Shown one piece after another: positions 25,401 through 40,400 of a stretch of 64,000 nucleotides of DNA. The notes under the pieces were generated by a model. That model did not search any database. It was not told where the DNA came from and saw only the letters and a program-made list of their open reading frames with translations. A program made the translations under genes and the position numbers. The number at the start of each line of letters is the position of its first letter. Within the stretch, counting starts at the first letter, position 1. This stretch comes from Perna viridis (taxonomy: Eukaryota): contig CM074521.1 in the NCBI GenBank assembly GCA_037379345.1, positions 24,266,704-24,330,703 on the forward strand, given 5' to 3'.

Positions 25401-28400
25401 GAAAACTATGACCCAATGAATAAATCAGTTTTCATGGTGCAGATGGATACACCATAATGATCCATGAGTTTATGATGATGACCATAAACCAAAGCTATAA
25501 AAATATACATATACTGGTGTCATATAACATATGATATCTTAACCCGGGGTCAATATATCATTTGAAATATTGACCCTCGGTGTCATACGATATTTTAACC
25601 TCCCTGCTGCAATAAATTAACCCCAGTATTATGTAGTTATTACATATGTTGGCTTGAATAAATCATACATTATTATCTAAAACAATCCTAGACAGAACAG
25701 GAATGTGGGTTTGAAAAAGTAAAATTGTTCTGTATCATTTTAATCAGTATGATATAACAGTAGAATTTTCAACTGGAGCCTAATAAACTGATTCCCTGTT
25801 GCATGCCAGATACAATCAGGTTTAATAACAGGTACTGTAAGGGTTGCTTAAAATATCTTTGCTTTTGACACAACTGGTTACTGGTTCCCTGCATTTATTG
25901 TAACAAAAGATATTTTCACATGTAATACCATGTTTTATAAACTAGAGACCCAAGAGAGCCTGAATCGCTCACCTAGTTAAACATTTGCTTATTCCAAAAA
26001 CTTGAGGAATGAGGCAGGCTAAGTTAAAACTAACTTAATTGTCAAGTATAGTAAACGCTTTTAATGGCATTTTTATGACCTGAACCAGAATTTTGCTAAA
26101 GGCAACAGTTTTTGAATTATTTTCAAAAAATGTCTTCCGACCACTTTGTTCAGTTTTTTAGTACAGGCAACCATATCTTATCTTATATCTTTGCAAAAGG
26201 TAACAGTTTTTGAGTTACATGCAATATCAATATGCTTATAAGGCAACAGGTTTTGAATTTGATCATGGATTAAAAATCACATAAGTCAATTTGAACACAT
26301 ACCCTATCGAACAAATATGCTTATTTTCATTGAATGATCATAAATGGTTTAAGAGAAGAAGATTATCAAAGGTGTACATATTTGGTTAAAAAAATTCAGA
26401 GGCTAAAACTCCTACTTCGGTTGACGAATTCTTTTGAACATTTCAGCGCAAGTCCATTATGTTAAATACTATAATTACCCAGCTAGAATTTTGTTAAAGG
26501 TAACGGTTCGTCAGTTAATTTAAAAAAAATTGCCTTGTGATGCCCTTGTTCCATTTTCAGTGACAAAGACTATGTTTTTTCATGGATCAAAAATTCTGAG
26601 TCATTTTGTGTGAGATATCCTATGGAACAAATATGCCAACTTTCATTGAATTCTCTCAATGGATTTTGAGAAGATTTTCAGTGGCAGGGAAAAAATGCAA
26701 AAAAAAACTGTTTCAGGGGCCGTAATTCCTATATTAATTGATGAATTGTTTTGAAAATTTTGGCATAGGTCCATCTCATGATGCTGAACAATATTACCTT
26801 GCCAGAATTTGGTAAAGGCAACGGTTTCCAAGTTATTTGCAAAAAACTGCCATCTGATCCTTATGTTCTATTTTTAGTAACGGTGGCCATGTTTTTTCAT
26901 GGATCACAAATTAAAACGGTCATTTTGTGTGGGGTACCCTAAGGAACGTATATATGCCAACTTTCATTGAATTCTGTGCAATAGATTTTGAGAAGATTTT
27001 CAAAGTAGCACATGCGAAATATGCAAAAAACCTGTTTCAGGGGCCGTAACTCCTACATCAGTTGACGAATCGTTTTGAAAATTACGGCATAGGTCCGTCT
27101 TATGATGATGAACAATATTACCCTCCGCCAGAAATTTCTTAAAGGCAACGGTTTTTGAGTTATTTGCAAAAAATTAAAATCTGACCCCTATGTTTTATTT
27201 TTAGTAACAGCAGCCACGTTTTTTTATGGATCAAACATCCCAACGGTCATTTTGTGCAGAACACCCTAGGGAACAATCCTGCCAAGTTTATTACCTGTCA
27301 ATCAAGTAGTTTAAGAGGAGAAGATTTTTGATAATTTGTTGAAGACAACGACGGACGCCAAGTGATGGCATAAGCTGACTTGGCCAGGTGAGCTAAAAAG
27401 TATTAAAAAATCTGAAAATCTGGAAAGATGAAATCTAAATACAAGCTATAATCATGTGTACCTGTAAGCCAATGTTCGTCTGAGGTTTGTGACCCTTAAT
27501 TACTGACCTTTGACCCTTCAAATTTCATTTATAAAGGTCATGGATCTCCAAACTTTTTAATTGGCACTCTATTGCGATTTTTTTTAATTTCAAGAAGTGG
27601 ATTTGAAATTAGAAAAATCCTTGACCTTCCACTCCGGCAGTATATTTGAACCTTGACTCCCTTCTTTCTGTTTAGAAGACCTATGTAATCAGCCAATCAG
27701 ATATCAGCTTTCATTCTACTGAAAGCATTATTCAATAGATTAGCCTGAGGACTCAGTAAAGGTCACTTGAGCAGAAAGTAGGACTGGCGTGTAGTTACAT
27801 TCTACATGCAGTGACTGAATGGAACAATAACATGTAATAGATCTAATTCTAATTAGACTGACCTTCAACGACTAGTAGATTGATAATGTCTGTTATATAA
27901 ACCTAATCAAGTTATTGTAGGAAATTTGTGGTGCTTTTCAAAGCAGATACCACTTATTTATTCACCATTTGATCTCATTATTTATAAAAAAAATAATTCC
28001 TAGAAATTATATGTACAATAGACTATAAATAATTTGCAAAATGGGCTGTGAGACAGTACCTGACTCAAAAGATGAATGGTTAAGAAATTCCCTGAGAATT
28101 GTGTGTCTAAAATTATAGACCAATCTTATGTCACTCCATTTATTTCTATTTTATCACGTAACTATAAAAATGGAGATGCTTACCATGTCTTCAAATAATC
28201 TATTGCCCTAATATTGAGTTAGTAATAAATATGTGCATTTATGATTGCTATCATGATAGAGAGGTGTATAGTGTTAGGAGAGAAAGGAGTACATAATGGC
28301 AGCAAGAAACAATGCATAATGGTGTCTTTGTTAAAAACTACTGGTATCTTAAACCAAGAATTGTAAAAACATAATTCAAACATGAGCCAAACTAATATGA

Positions 28401-31400
28401 TAAAACATTAAGTCATTCCTGATATTATTTAAATATTAGCATTTAATTCCTGGATACCAATTTTCGTGGATAGAGTTCACGGATTCTTGAATTTGTGGTT
28501 TTGAAGTTTTCAGTATACACATCAATGGAATTCTCCTTTTTGTTGGGAACCAAATTTCATCGTTTGGCCTACCCACGAAAAGCACGAAAATTGGTACCCC
28601 CACAAATAATAGTACTTTCACGGTACATACGTACTTGGATTTCCAGAGAAACTTTCTTAACTCCATAATGGACCTATGATACTCAAAGAAGTTTCAAGTT
28701 CATTCTTTCTTCTTTAGAAAGTCATATACAAACTCATTGCACTTAAACAAGATTCCATAAAACCAGAGTAAAGCTCCAGCTCAAGTAGAAAAAAATTTTC
28801 CTTCAGATCTAAAATACTTTTAGCAAAGACACCAAATGCAGGAAAGGGAAATCCCACCAATGCAAGCCATAGAAATTTCAAAAGATAAAAAACACCTATA
28901 TGTATTAATTACCAATTAAACAGTATGAAAATCATCAAGAAAAATTAAAAAGAAAACTTCTCCATGTTAGAGGCGATGAGGCACTATTATGAGACGAACA
29001 CACTGTCATTTCCCACAATACCTTGTTCTGCCCGCATCACTTCCTCTTCACAAACGGCAATTGTTCGCTCAAAATCCAAGCTTACGTCATCGACAGTATT
29101 AACTGAACTGATACTGGTTCGGCTTTCTGCCCGACTATGCACTGTTAGGAAGGGAGAAAAACAGAGGGTACATGTCAACAGATTAAATAAGCATAGATCA
29201 TGCATGCAACTTCATAGATCTGTGTAGCTTGCTGGGGTATACGTAGACAATTCATAATTAAAAATAAATCTGGGGTAAGTAATATCAACATTTATATTTA
29301 CTGCTATCATTTGTTTTAAACACCAACAGTGGAGATTAGCTATCAAGTCTGATATTCATGAAATATCAATTAAAAAAAACCCAAAAAAATCAAATCGTAA
29401 AAAAAAAAATAAAGCAACTTATAACAACAAAAATCAATAAGTGATCTATTATCATTTTGAATTATCTCCCCTTGACTACACAGATCATTTTTTAGACCCC
29501 CAATCAGTCATCATGAAAAAGATCTAACAGAAAATAATTTGTTTCTTTTTTACTTAGGTTTTCAAACTTTCTGCATTGATGGAACATGCAAAGTATTATC
29601 CAATTAATCACAATTCATTTTGTTTTTAACACATGAACCTTGATAAAAAGGAAGCCAATAGAGAGAGGCTGTCCTTCCAAATAAAACAACAACAAAAATA
29701 TCTTTTTGTAGTTTTTGTTTTAATTTTTGCAAAATAACTGACTGGTTGCCATGGAAACACAACAGAACATAGAAGGATTATACACAAGACACTGGTACAT
29801 CTATATAAATATTTTTCAGTATATTTTACATTGTAATTATCTCATTCTGAATTATATATACATATCTATAAGTTTTTCATGAGATGTACTATGTATGGTC
29901 CATATTTATATATAATAATTTTATGATTAAAAAGAATATTCCCTTTTCTAGCAATTGAAAAGAAAATGTGCAAAGAATGTATGACAAGCATTGTGTTTGC
30001 AGAGCTAAAACAGCTGTGCCTAAGCACAAGATATGCATAATACAGGAAATATTTTCTAATCAATTTACTGCTTTTTAATTAAACTTTCAAAAGATATTGA
30101 ATGCAACAGTAGGGCCAAATTAACAAACAAAAGATGTGTGTTCCTTTTACCATACCCATCCATAATAACGACCCAAAAGTTTTTTTGTCATTTGTCAATA
30201 AGTACTGTTGATGTCAGAATCTTTCTCTTAAAAGACTCCATGTAAATAAAAAAAAAAAACACCTGCCTCACCTATTTTTGTCAAAGGTGTAATAGAAATA
30301 TAACAAGAATAGATATGGTGTATATGATAAAGAGACAACAACCCCACTAGGATGAAACACATGTTATTTTTGGCTTAAAAGAAAAATGCTTAAAAATCTA
30401 TAAAATTCTTAAAATTAATATATAATTGAGTGTTTATTATAAAAAGGTGCTAGAGATTCTATAGTCTATTACATATTATATAAATATGTTGCAGAATATG
30501 ATATATATTAGCTAAGAGGAATGACAGATGTTAGAAAGGAGTGCTTGAGAGTTTTTGTTGCAAAAAATGGTCTTCTTAACATAATAAATATTGAGGAATT
30601 TTTATATCAAAAAGAGGAAAATGTAAAACACAAAAAAGATCTGAAAATGTCATTATTTCAGAATAAAAATCTACCAGTTTGACATCTTTACACGACAACA
30701 AATACTACTGACATGTTCAACTTCAAATTCATTCCATGACAATTATCATGCATTGGGAATTCAAGACAGCCATACTTGCAACACAGTAAAATTTAATCAC
30801 AAACTTGCATAAATTGTGAAAAAAAAGAGAAAAATTCACACAACATATATCCTACCATCATCCCAGTAAATAAGACTGTCAAGTCCTGATTGACAAAAAA
30901 TGAAATAAGGTTTTATTATGTGTCTACTCTTAACTATACTGTTCAATAAACCAATATGAGATGTAGTCCTTTTAATTACTGTTGAATAAAATACTTTTAC
31001 GAATATATAAAGCTGCATTTTTTACGGTTTTGCAATGAAAATATAATCTAACTATCGGTAAAGAAGTCTTATTCTTTGTAGACACAAGTTCTCATAGAAA
31101 GTTCAATATCACTCTAGATGAAAATGCATGTATTTTCAATGAAAGTCAAAGCCAAGATTCCAATTCTTTATTTTTTCCCTCCCATTGAAGACTACTTTAC
31201 CAAGTAAAGATTGTTTTTTACTTATAAAGTTACATTTTAAATCTACAAAAGTGGGTACATTAAGAATATTCTACTGGTAAGCAAGGTTTAATCAACAAAA
31301 AAGTGACTACTAGTCTGAATAATAAATAGGCAAGACATTCACTTTTTATGAGTCTTCTTGTTCAATTCTTTATAAATTTTAAGTATACAGTGAAATCTGT

Positions 31401-34400
31401 CAGTATCAACCAAAATTTTCAAGTTTAAACAGATTAAAATGCATTGAAACTAATGAGGTTTAAAGTGATTGGCTTTAGGACAGGTTTAACTGTATGAACA
31501 GAGAAATATCAGAATCATTTGGAATAAAATGTACCTGCCTACTTCTAACTATGGTCTTCTATTATTTACCAACTATCTTTCACTTTTCCAATATATACTT
31601 ACTACTGACAGGAGATTCTGATGAGCTTCTTGTACTAACAGGCCCATAGGAGGTGCTATCATCACTTGTTTCCACACCCACATCTACAGTATCAACCCGC
31701 CCACTCATAATCATATTATAATCTATTGGCTCAGAGTCATCAGGAGGAGGTTCTGTTGGAGGAGGAGGAGCTACGAAAGCACATGGTCTAGGTGGGTGTG
31801 TCAACTGATCTTGGTCTAAATCTTCACTTCGTAATGAAGTGTTTTCAACCATCATGGCTTCACCACTCACATCAAGTTCTTCTAAGTTTTGATCCAAATT
31901 AGCCAGTACATCATTTATTGCAGCTTCTTCATCTTCTATGAAGAAAAAACCAGATGAAATTACTATTAAATGTTAAAAAGCAAGTGAACACAATTTCAAC
32001 ATTATCAGATAACCCACATGCCAAACCAATGAAATACTGTTATAATTAGAATATTGTCAATAGATTTCCTGATTAAACTTAGCAAACTCTCGTGCAATTA
32101 AAATTACTTAAATAAGCACTCTGGTTAGTACAATAAGATTAAGTTCCTTATTGTTAAATATGTCATAGTGAATAACAGCAGCCTTAAGTCCTACTTTAGA
32201 TGAAGAGTAAGTGTGAGTTGAGTGAATAAAAACCATACACAAATTCTGCTTTTCTTGTGATAATTCAATTGACCATGAATTATCAACCAGTCTCATTTAT
32301 GTGCACATGTATTTGTTCCATGCAATTTGTTTTTTCACTCAGTTTTACCATTGTGCCACAAACCTATTTACTTGAAAAACTAAACTACAGAATGACTGTG
32401 AAAGGAAAGTATACATTTGGAAAAACAGTGTTACTTACTCTTCTTAGCTGCAGGAGCGGTGATAGATTTTGATATGGGTGGAGGTGGAGGTTGGCCTAAA
32501 GATGAGAAATGTACAATTGGAAAATCACTGCAATTCACTACAAGCATGGAAAAAGCATCAGAACCTCTAAGAGCTTGTAACCAAAGATTTCATAGGCCTT
32601 TCTTGTTACTTTGACAAGAACCTTGTAAAAGCTTAATGTTTTCATATCCATATATGATTTACATTTTGACTGAGAGGAGTAACAGGGCTGGAGGTACTTT
32701 TTGACATTTATCTGTTTCCCAAAAAATTAATGAAATACCCATTACCACATACTCTGACACAGGTCCAAACAATGAATTCAATATCTTGTTCAAAATATGC
32801 ATCCAAATATACCAATTTTTTGCTGGCCTATGCCAAATCTTGAGCTTCAGTTATTAATGGTACTGTGGTAATATTGCCTATAATTTCAAAATGTATCCTT
32901 TACATACCTGCCAATTTATACAATTTAAGCGTGTTTTCACGATTTTGACCATTTGTCCTGCTAACATGATTCTTTTGGCAAAATTTGTCTCAAAACCCAA
33001 TTTTGTCAAGATTACCCAGAAAAATCCTGATTCAAACCCCTGAATTTGTGTTTCAAACACATTTCTTAAGAGCCATCAATCTGACAAAAGGTGTTAATTG
33101 CTGTCTAAACAGGCACATGCTGTTCAACTGAAAAAGGCCCTTTCTTAATGGGGTGGTCATACATTACAACAGTAAAACCCATACAGTTTGCAAAATATTT
33201 AGCGAAAATGTCCTTTCACACATCTTGCCTTAAAAAAACCCATGGGGATTTGTCAAAAGTTGGCAGGTATGCCTTAAGTGATAAAGGGAGGACCTAAAAT
33301 TGTTGAATTCATAGGGAGAACAGCAATCTAACTCATTTGTTTGTTCTATAATAAAGTAACCCACAGTCAGCTCCTAACAAACCATTAGAAAGTTATTGTG
33401 TTAATAGCAATGTTCTTCTTAAGCAAGCTTTTTGAGTAAATCTGATTAAATAATTGACAATAGATTAAAACCATGAGAACTGTGGTTACAAACTCTTTAC
33501 TAGCACTACAAGTCTTAAGTATCAGTCTATCCAAGAATCATGCATGGGTAGTTTATTTGTCAAAAGATCATGTATACAACTATTTTTCATGACATCAGTA
33601 CAATGCCTGAAGCTTACTACCTTAATATCAAAATGTAAATTTCAGACATTTTTTTATTTCAATCATCCTATTCTTATTTTGCATGATTCTTAGGTAGACC
33701 AGCTTTGAAACATCTTCTCGGCTCTATTACTGTCAAGGTACTATTTTCTCCCTAGATGTACTGTATAATGGACTACATGTATTTTGGCAATTTTGAAGCA
33801 AAAAGATATACAAAAAAAATTGTTTTTTCTAAATTGGTTGATGATAAGTTGTGCATTAAGTACATATGTTCAGAGCCTCTATTTGCTGGAATTTATTTTG
33901 AAGTTTTTAGATAGACTGCTAAAATAAGCCAAAATTTGTACACTGCTAAATTTATCGGCTACATGGTATTCACAGGTATCTAGTTTTGAAAATGTAAAAT
34001 TAAAATTTCCATGTACAAAAATCATGACAAAACCATGAAAATAAGTACATTTATCTAAGGATAACAGTCCTTCTACAGTAATCATAGCACCTTCCAAGAA
34101 ACAAATATCTTTGTTGCCACTTTTAATTTCATGCACCATGCAAATATTGGTACATGTACTTGTATGTTTTTATATACTTCTATTTCATAAAAAAAATTCT
34201 AACAATAATAAAGCTTAAGTCCACATTAAACAAGACTATTTTTGTTCCCAGATTTGTCTTTTATTTGTAAGTTACAAATTCATAATTTTATGTAACTCAT
34301 AACTGATTAAATCTAAACAAATACAAGCCAAATCACAAGAAACTTCAGTTCTGCAATCTGTCCAAAATAACACTTTCTGGCTCACTTAAAATCATCCAGT

Positions 34401-37400
34401 TTACATTACTTATTTCTGCATACATAGATTGCAGAATAAATAACTACAGCTGCAGTAGCATCATAAGCCATAAATTTTCAAAGATTTCATAATAATGAAT
34501 TTAATGATTCTAAAATATACCTTTACTATGGTTTTAGTGAATTGTGATTGTTGTGGTATGTTTTAATGCAAAGATAAGCCAAAACTAATTATTGCAAAAA
34601 AGGAAAAGAATGAATTTTGTAAATCAACAATCACAAAAAAGAACAAAATTTAATTTTCAAAATTTATAGTAAGGCATAAAAAAAATCATGTCTGCCTCCT
34701 GCTACCCTACTTACCTTATTTTTGTGCCAATCATACACATGCCCAACATTTAATGGCCATTTTGAATCAAGCACCGTAAAAGTCTCGATCATTTCACCAA
34801 TAACTCTATTTAAAATATTTTTTCTAAAAATAAAATAATATCCCTACCTACCCTATTTTTTGTTGGTAGCAGGAAACAAGACTGTTTTTTGTTTTTCCTT
34901 TTTTATAACAAACAGTTTTATTTTTATATAAATTTTACAGAATTCAAGAAAACTATGCATATCATATCCTCGTTGGATCAAAGAAACCCATCAAACTCTG
35001 TCAATGCAAGTCATTTAAATATTCCCTTATCTTCAAATAAATAATAATAATATAATAATAATAATAATTTATATTTCCTATCAATATGTGTACCAGTATT
35101 ACCAGTATTACCAGTATATTCAAATGTCATATAACGGCAGACATTATAGTAATTATAGAGCAGGCTTTCACCAACTCTTTGTACAGTTAAAGTGTTTTGG
35201 AATTTTTCTAATTGCAATTTAGTGATGATTTTTTTTTTCAGCCAGAATCATCCAATGAAAGGTTATGTCTTAAATTTTAAGAATATCAACCTGCATTGAC
35301 AATCTATAGCTCTGAATTTGGATGGAGAATATATCACACTACAGAAGTGAGTGATGAACAAACCCCTTTTAAAAGCAAAGAAAAATCCTCAGAAGTAGAC
35401 TTTTTATAAAAAGCTTTTTTCTTTAAATTTACCATTTAAAGCATATTCTTAGCTGAGCCTGATCTTTCACAATACAAAACTGAATTAGGATAATTTAGAT
35501 TCATAAATCAGTTAAATGATTTTAATAACAATTCAGTGCAGGAAACACTGACTGGTAAAAACCTACTTCACATCACTTTCAAAGAAAATAGAGTATTGTG
35601 ATTTAAACTGGAGTTATTCCCCTTTGAGCATAGTTTTTTTAGCAGAACTAAAAATTCCAGAATTCAATGCAAGCAATAAACAGTTCCTATATTCTTTTCA
35701 TATAATGTGTTGGATTAACACAAATTTTTACAATATATCCATTTGGCTTGATCATTATAAACAATACTGTTGCAGAGAGATCTTCAGGCCATGCTATAAA
35801 CTCGTCATTTTTTTTCTTAACTTAACTTCAAAGTACTTCTTATTCAACAAATTTTTAGACAAATTATTTTACCCGGAGGGGGAGGTGCAGCCTTTTTCTT
35901 TTTGCCGGTACGATCTAAAGAACTTGATCGTGGTGAAGAGGACGGCACAGAGTTTTTCTTAGTCCTCTCTAATGGTAAGGTTTGACAGTATCCTGTTTCG
36001 CCCTCAATTTCTCGCCTTCTTGATGCAGGGGGTGATATGTTCTGTATTCCACTGTCGCCATTTAAGTGACCCCCACTATCCCATGATGCAGTATCAATTC
36101 CTTCAAAATGTTCATCAATCCTTGCGCCTTCTGGGGATTCTGCCCCACTTAGAGTTAATTCATGATATCCACTTGAATCTGAGCTATTTCTCGAATGAAA
36201 TTTTGTCGAAACATTTTCTGTTCGTTGTCGTACATCAGTAGTTTCCACTTTTGATTTGACATTTTGTTTTGGTTTTTCAATACTAACTTCCACTTGAACA
36301 GTATTTTGAACACTTTGAGCTTGAGGAGGAGCAGGAGCCCTGCGCTTCTTACGAGCTGGGGCAACAACAGGTTTTTCACTTTCAACTTTCAGTGCAGTAA
36401 GTGATTTAGACTTTGAGTTTATATTTTGACTATTTATTCCTGAAAGATCTAGACGTGGCACTGACATTTTGGCATCAGAAATTTTATCCAACTGAGTGGT
36501 GGATTGGGCATACATAGTTTTTGGTCTAGCACCAGGATTTCCCTCAATATTTCGTGGCACTGGGGAGTTGTCTTGGGAAGTTGACCGTACTGGAGCTCCC
36601 CTTGTGCCAGCTTGGTGTTCCACATATGGATCTCTCCGAACATTTTGCTGAAAAACAAGGTAAAAAGTTTGAACAAACAGATAAAATTTGAATCAATGAG
36701 GCTTTTGAATGAAATTGCATTTGTTTTGTAGTCAACTTATTACATAATTTTAAATGTTTGTACATGCACTGTGAAATATTCTAACTGAATCAGCTAGTTT
36801 TGACCTTTTTTCATATTTCTTTGTTTTGTTCAGGTTAATTGATGGGAAAATTGATTTTCAAAATATTTTATTTTTAAACCAGTCATATCAGAATTTTGAA
36901 ATAATTTATAAAATCTCACATTATGTGTGATTGATTGATTAATGTGTTTTAACATATCCAGTCTTGTTTGTCAGCTATGGTAAAGTATATATATACACAT
37001 CAATTTTTTTTAGGTTTTCCATTAAAGGCTGTATCTTTTAAATCACATTCAAACAGATATATGACTGTGGAAGGAAATAGAAATTATAGAAGACTATATG
37101 TTTCACAATGTATTACTCTAACAATGGTTAATTCATAATAGATTCGTGTAGACCTATCATATTTATGTATCGTATTCATAACTTGATCATCAGATAAGTG
37201 AAAAGCTTCCCTATTTCGTATTAAATTATGCAACAACAACATGTACATGTAATTGATTTCCTGCCCTTGAAAACTGTGAAAATATACAAGTATGTATACA
37301 TACACAAATGTATATATACTTGATTTTCTAAGATCTGATATTAGTTCAGTTTACAACATTATTTGTTAACTTAACAAAATGGATAGGATACAAGTTTTAC

Positions 37401-40400
37401 CAACTCACGGATCCCTGATAATACATTTTTAGATCATTCAATGTATGTGCTTACTTGCATCAATTCCTACTGGACCAAAGTTTATAGTAGGGCTACCATG
37501 TGCATAGATTTGCATCTTTTATAAACCAAGGATCATGGTAAAAATTAAAGTGTAAAATCTAGACCTTCAAGAAATTATGTCTGTCAATATTTTTCAAAGG
37601 TTTGTTACACCATTTCTGATAACTTGACTTTGTTGTACTGAATTGGTACAAAAAGTCTTTATTTGCATTTTAATCCATTTAAAGAAACAATACATCATTT
37701 TTATCTTACAATATTAAATACCCTTGGCAACTTGACTAATAATTAATTAGTTACTAAAAAAAAACATCAGTATTGTTGGAATAGCTGATTATGCAAAAAA
37801 AACAATATCGTTCATTTTGATGCATAAAAAGATAATGTTCTTTTTTTCTATTAAATATATACTGTAAAGGTATGAATTTTTGTAGATTCTGTCAAGTGAA
37901 CATGTCCTCAGGTATCAACTTTTTGCAGTTTCTAAAAATGATTTGCATTATATAGTGTTAAAAAGCAATTTGGAGGGTACTATTTTTTGTGCTTTTTTGT
38001 CCACCACAAAAATTAGTACACTGCAAAAAATGAATATATTTACAGTACATGTATTAAGAAATTTATTAATAACAAGGAATTATCTGGTTAAGAATAGCTA
38101 TGAAGTTGCATGCATTGTCATGCTAAGTATATGCACAACTTGTACAGCAATCGCAAGATGTAAGATGTTGATATAATATAGCCACAAAAACTATTTACCA
38201 AATAATCCCCATCTACATAAAATTATATACCAAATTTGAAATTGATTTGTCCAGTGGAAGCTGAGGATGTTTATTATTATTTCTTGTAGTGAAAAGTCTA
38301 AGTCGCACAAAAAAAGGAAGCTGATATTTTACTTTCACCAAAATCTATCACAACAAATGTTTTATCTATATAAAGCCATATACCAAATGTGAAATCAATC
38401 CATCATTTGTGAGGTAATTGCAATAAAATTTTGATGGAGGGATGGAACGATGGATAGACAAGGTGAATCCAATAATTATACCACCCACTCTATGAGGGGA
38501 AAATAGCTAAATACAAGTCTTAAAGGGTCACTTACTTACCACACTGAATTTCTTACTGTTGTCTTTCTTAAGAAATGAAAAGAAGCCTTTTTTCTTCTTA
38601 GTTTCTCCCGCTGAAGGCATGTAGTTCGTTGTAGACTGACTGCGATCTGATGCCAGGTTTGGCATAGACATGGCACTATTGACTGTACCTGAAATAATAA
38701 TTAAATAATAGTCTCTGTGATTTTTTAAAATGTATATTGAGTTGTTGTACCAGTGCATGTAATGTTCATAGTAATACACATAAAGTGATGAAGTATTCTC
38801 TGCGCATACATTGCTCAAACCAACTGTCTTGGATCGTGTGTTTCATGTAAGAGTTAGACAGGGGGTGATATGCCTGATTTCTTTTACTGGAAAACGTTAA
38901 AGACACCTATAGTAACACAAACAAAAGTGACAACAGAGTATGTTGAGAATAAACTGATATACTGGTAACTACATGAATATTGTCAAAGTACTTTAATTCC
39001 TGGATACTAACTTCTGTGGATAAGGGAAGAAACACAAGTTTCCTTGTGTGGATTCCTGAATTCATGGGTTTGAGGTTTTCAGTAAATACATCAATGGAAA
39101 TCTCTTTTCATTTGGAACAAAATTTCGTGGTTTGGCTGACCCACGAAAACTGGTCCCCCACGAACAATAGTGCTTTCACAGTATATAGCAAAAAAAAAAT
39201 AGTCAGTATCTCAAAGGATGTCTGCAAAAGTCTAGGCAATAATCATGATGGACATACAGACAGACAGATCTCAAAGGACGTCTGCAAAAGTCTGGACAAT
39301 AATCATGATGGATATACAGAGAGACAGAGAGACGAAACCTTAATCTACTTTGGTTTTCACCAGTAGGGTACTAATAAGCTGTTGACAGTTGGTTGCAACT
39401 AAAATCCTTCTCTATAACTGGTAAGTTGCAAGCAATTAAAAATTATTTATATTTTTCATCTCCATGATTTGTATAGATGGAGTGATAACTAGCAGTATCT
39501 TTTGTTTTCCATGGGCGGGGACATACACACTGGAATATCAATGATATTATATCAGTTCTCCTTTTTTAAGTCGTATTATTTCTAATGGATGGATGAATAA
39601 CACATGGAAAATCCTATTTAAAATCCCTATTCATGCTAGGCAAATACACCCACTAAGCAAATGACTTGAGAAAAAAAATTTATGAATACGAGTACCCAAG
39701 TATATAATATTTCCATTCATAATGTGAAGTAGGTTTAAAAACAGTTTCATGAACTAAACCTGAAATACTCAGCATTTAAATACCATTCATTGAAATGATA
39801 TTTCAAGTTTATATATACACTGCCAAAAAAGGAAGTTTATGATACGCAAGCTTCATATGAATTTTCTGTAAAAACCACCCGTGCAAATTGAAATTATATC
39901 CCGATGAAAAAATTCAAGCTGAAAATATCCAATTGATTTTATAAGTGTCACTGTATGCTACTTGGCCAGTGACCTACCCTTATCAAGTTCTCCAAAAACT
40001 GTTAAAGTGACTTATTGGGGTTACATAAACTTCTCTAAATACAATAGGGAGTTGTGTGTAAAATTTCATTTTAAAAAATTGTATATTCACAGTTTTTCAA
40101 CATAATATCAAAAAATTACAAATTTGGTTACCAAAGCTTAATTTAGGTAAAATATGCATTTGGTACATGACCTTTACAGAGTTCAGAGTAACTAGGAAAG
40201 CTACTGTTAAATTCACATTAAAATTTCAACCTTTCTTAAAAATTCATCATATTGCTATCTAAACATGGCACTGGGAAAATTGCTGTCTTTAAATCTTCTT
40301 TATATATAAACAATAGAACAGAAGCTTCAATTAAACTTTTCTATAAAATTCGAAGTCATCTTACAGTAAGAAAATTTAATATAGTGACTGCTGGCCTGTA

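Noticed and set aside
28987-29021. Read-through of exon 8 (GIVGNDSVFVS*) as an alternative terminal exon
   Set aside because: A short open run past a donor is expected by chance, and there is no distinctive nearby poly(A) evidence.
35038-35120. (AAT)n and (CCAGTATTA)3 repeats producing ORF 35011..35217
   Set aside because: They are ordinary intronic micro- and minisatellites.
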